Notes under the pieces: generated by a model
Told to the model about the DNA's origin: nothing
What the model saw: the letters and a program-made list of their open reading frames with translations, nothing else
Database searches by the model: none
Assembly (NCBI RefSeq): GCF_042660085.1
Contig: NZ_JBHSTI010000033.1
Span: 1 to 16,550, forward strand
Source of the DNA: Longivirga aurantiaca
GTDB taxonomy: Bacteria > Actinomycetota > Actinomycetes > S36-B12 > CAIYMF01
Direction: 5' to 3'
DNA length: 16,550 bases
Made by a program: the position numbers and the translations under genes
Part shown: piece after piece, positions 15,482 through 16,550 of the stretch
Layout: each line of letters begins with the position of its first letter
Position numbering within the stretch: the stretch's first letter is position 1

Positions 15482-15519
15482 CTGCACGATCTGCACGACG
15501 CCGATTCGACCATTCGACC
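15482..15519 (-). promoter_or_regulatory. Candidate ECF42-type promoter(s) of YCII/DGPF gene 3, with both half-elements duplicated
   Basis: Minus strand: GGTCGAAT-GGTCGAAT-CGGCG-TCGTGCAG-A-TCGTGCAG. Inner pair GTCGA (15510-15506)-N17-CGTGCAG (15488-15482); outer pair GTCGA (15518-15514)-N16-CGTGCAG (15497-15491). Confidence 0.65.
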
Positions 15520-15638
15520 GCACGGATCCGCCTCGGAGCGCGGCGGTATCGCCGGCTCGGTGCCGATCCTGCCGCGACCGGGCCGTGCGTGCTGGACCGA
15601 TGCCTGCCCCGCTGTGCGGCGTCGGCGATACTCGTGCG

Positions 15639-16550
15639 GTGAGGGAGCAGTGGTTCACCCGTGCGACCGAGCTGGACCCGATCGGTCCGACGGTCCGCGA
15701 GGTCGACTGGGCCAGCACCTCGTGGGGCCCGCCCGAGGACTGGGCACCGGGGCTCCGGTCGGCGGTGGAGATCTGCCTGAGCACGCGCTTCCCCGTGCTC
15801 GTCACGTGGGGCCCGGACCTCCTCATGCTCTACAACGAGGGCTACCGCGCCATGCTCGGACGCGAGAAGCAGGCAGGTGCGACCGGGCGGCCGGTGGCGC
15901 AGGTCTGGAGCGAGGTGTGGCCCGACATCTCGCCGCTGTTCGGCCAGGTGCTGTCCACCGGCGTCCCCGTCTACCTGGAGGACACCCCGCTGAGGGTGAA
16001 CCGCTCCGGGTACGACGAGGACGCGTGGTTCACGTTCTGCTACTCCGCGCTGAGGGACGAGAGCGGCCAGGTCCAGGGCGTTCTCGACATCGCGTACGAG
16101 ACGACCGAGCAGGTGGTGGCTCGTCGTCGGCTGTCGTTCGTCTCGATGCTGTCGACGCAGCTGCACGCGGCCACCGGGGACGTCGACGCCCTCGGCCGGG
16201 TCGTGTCCGACGTCCTCGGGCGGTCCCTGGACCTGCATGCCGCCGAGCTCTCGCTGCTCGTCGACGAGCGGTTCATCCCCCTCGCCCGGGCCAACCCGCG
16301 CGAAGTGCCGCTGCTGGACCCGTCGACCGTCCCCGAGCTTGTCCGGTCGCACCGGGCCCAGGTGGTCGGAGACACGTTCGTCATGCCGTTGACCGGGTCG
16401 GCCACCGATCCGGTGGTCGGAGTCCTGGCCCTGCGGGCGACCGCGGGACGGGCACCCGACGGCCTGCAGCTCGACTTCATGGAGCTCGTCGGGGTGACGA
16501 TCGCGAGCGCGCTCAGCACCTCGGTGAAGCACATGAGCGAGGTCGGCGAG
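15639..16550 (+). CDS. PAS/GAF-type sensory signalling protein, 3'-truncated by window edge (effector domain not visible)
   Basis: Frame open from GTG 15639 to the window end: VREQWFTRATELDPIGPTVREVDWASTSWGPPEDWAPGLRSAVEICLSTRFPVLVTWGPDLLMLYNEGYRAMLGREK, then a GAF-like LSFVSMLSTQLHAATGDVDALGRVVSDVLGRSLD. Not in the provided track because it has no stop. Confidence 0.85.
   Translation, partial: MREQWFTRATELDPIGPTVREVDWASTSWGPPEDWAPGLRSAVEICLSTRFPVLVTWGPDLLMLYNEGYRAMLGREKQAGATGRPVAQVWSEVWPDISPLFGQVLSTGVPVYLEDTPLRVNRSGYDEDAWFTFCYSALRDESGQVQGVLDIAYETTEQVVARRRLSFVSMLSTQLHAATGDVDALGRVVSDVLGRSLDLHAAELSLLVDERFIPLARANPREVPLLDPSTVPELVRSHRAQVVGDTFVMPLTGSATDPVVGVLALRATAGRAPDGLQLDFMELVGVTIASALSTSVKHMSEVGE

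Noticed and set aside
1-16550. Novel defence, phage, toxin-antitoxin or biosynthetic system
   Set aside because: No integrase, transposase, nuclease/helicase modules, NRPS/PKS or toxin-antitoxin pair recognised. Gene families are mostly common chromosomal enzymes and regulators, so the only system-level hypothesis I support is the ECF42-like/YCII regulon.

Overview
High-GC actinobacterial chromosomal window carrying 17 supportable CDSs, two of them cut by the window edges. I see no transposase, integrase, CRISPR array, rRNA or complete tRNA. Gene order: truncated Gfo/Idh/MocA-type oxidoreductase (+); membrane-anchored alpha/beta-hydrolase (-); CPBP/CAAX-type intramembrane protease (+); hypothetical (-); MTA/SAH-type nucleosidase (+); DDAH/arginine-deiminase-like amidinohydrolase (-); two YCII/DGPF-domain proteins (+); an ECF42-like sigma factor with a long C-terminal extension (+); acyl-CoA ligase (-); DUF4287-like small protein (+); metallophosphoesterase (+); cyclic-nucleotide-binding-domain protein (-); alpha/beta hydrolase (-); small acidic protein (+); SpoIIE-type phosphatase with sensor (+); a third YCII/DGPF protein (-); truncated PAS/GAF-type signalling protein (+). 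The strongest non-annotated signal is a bipartite motif GTCGAA-N16-CGT[A/G]CAG (equivalently GTCGA-N17-CGT[A/G]CAG). It lies upstream of all three YCII/DGPF genes, including the distant divergently oriented one, where both half-elements are duplicated. It resembles the reported ECF42 promoter class and defines a candidate local sigma regulon. Other notable signals: a near-perfect 62-nt foldback whose left arm supplies the rare-codon 3' end of the sigma gene; a 62-bp tandem repeat carrying CCCGGG palindromes between convergent genes; a perfect 16-bp-arm foldback just upstream of the sigma gene; and a recurring -10-like element exactly 6 nt before several start codons, suggesting leaderless genes. 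Most of the window looks like ordinary chromosome. I do not see evidence for a new defence or mobile system.
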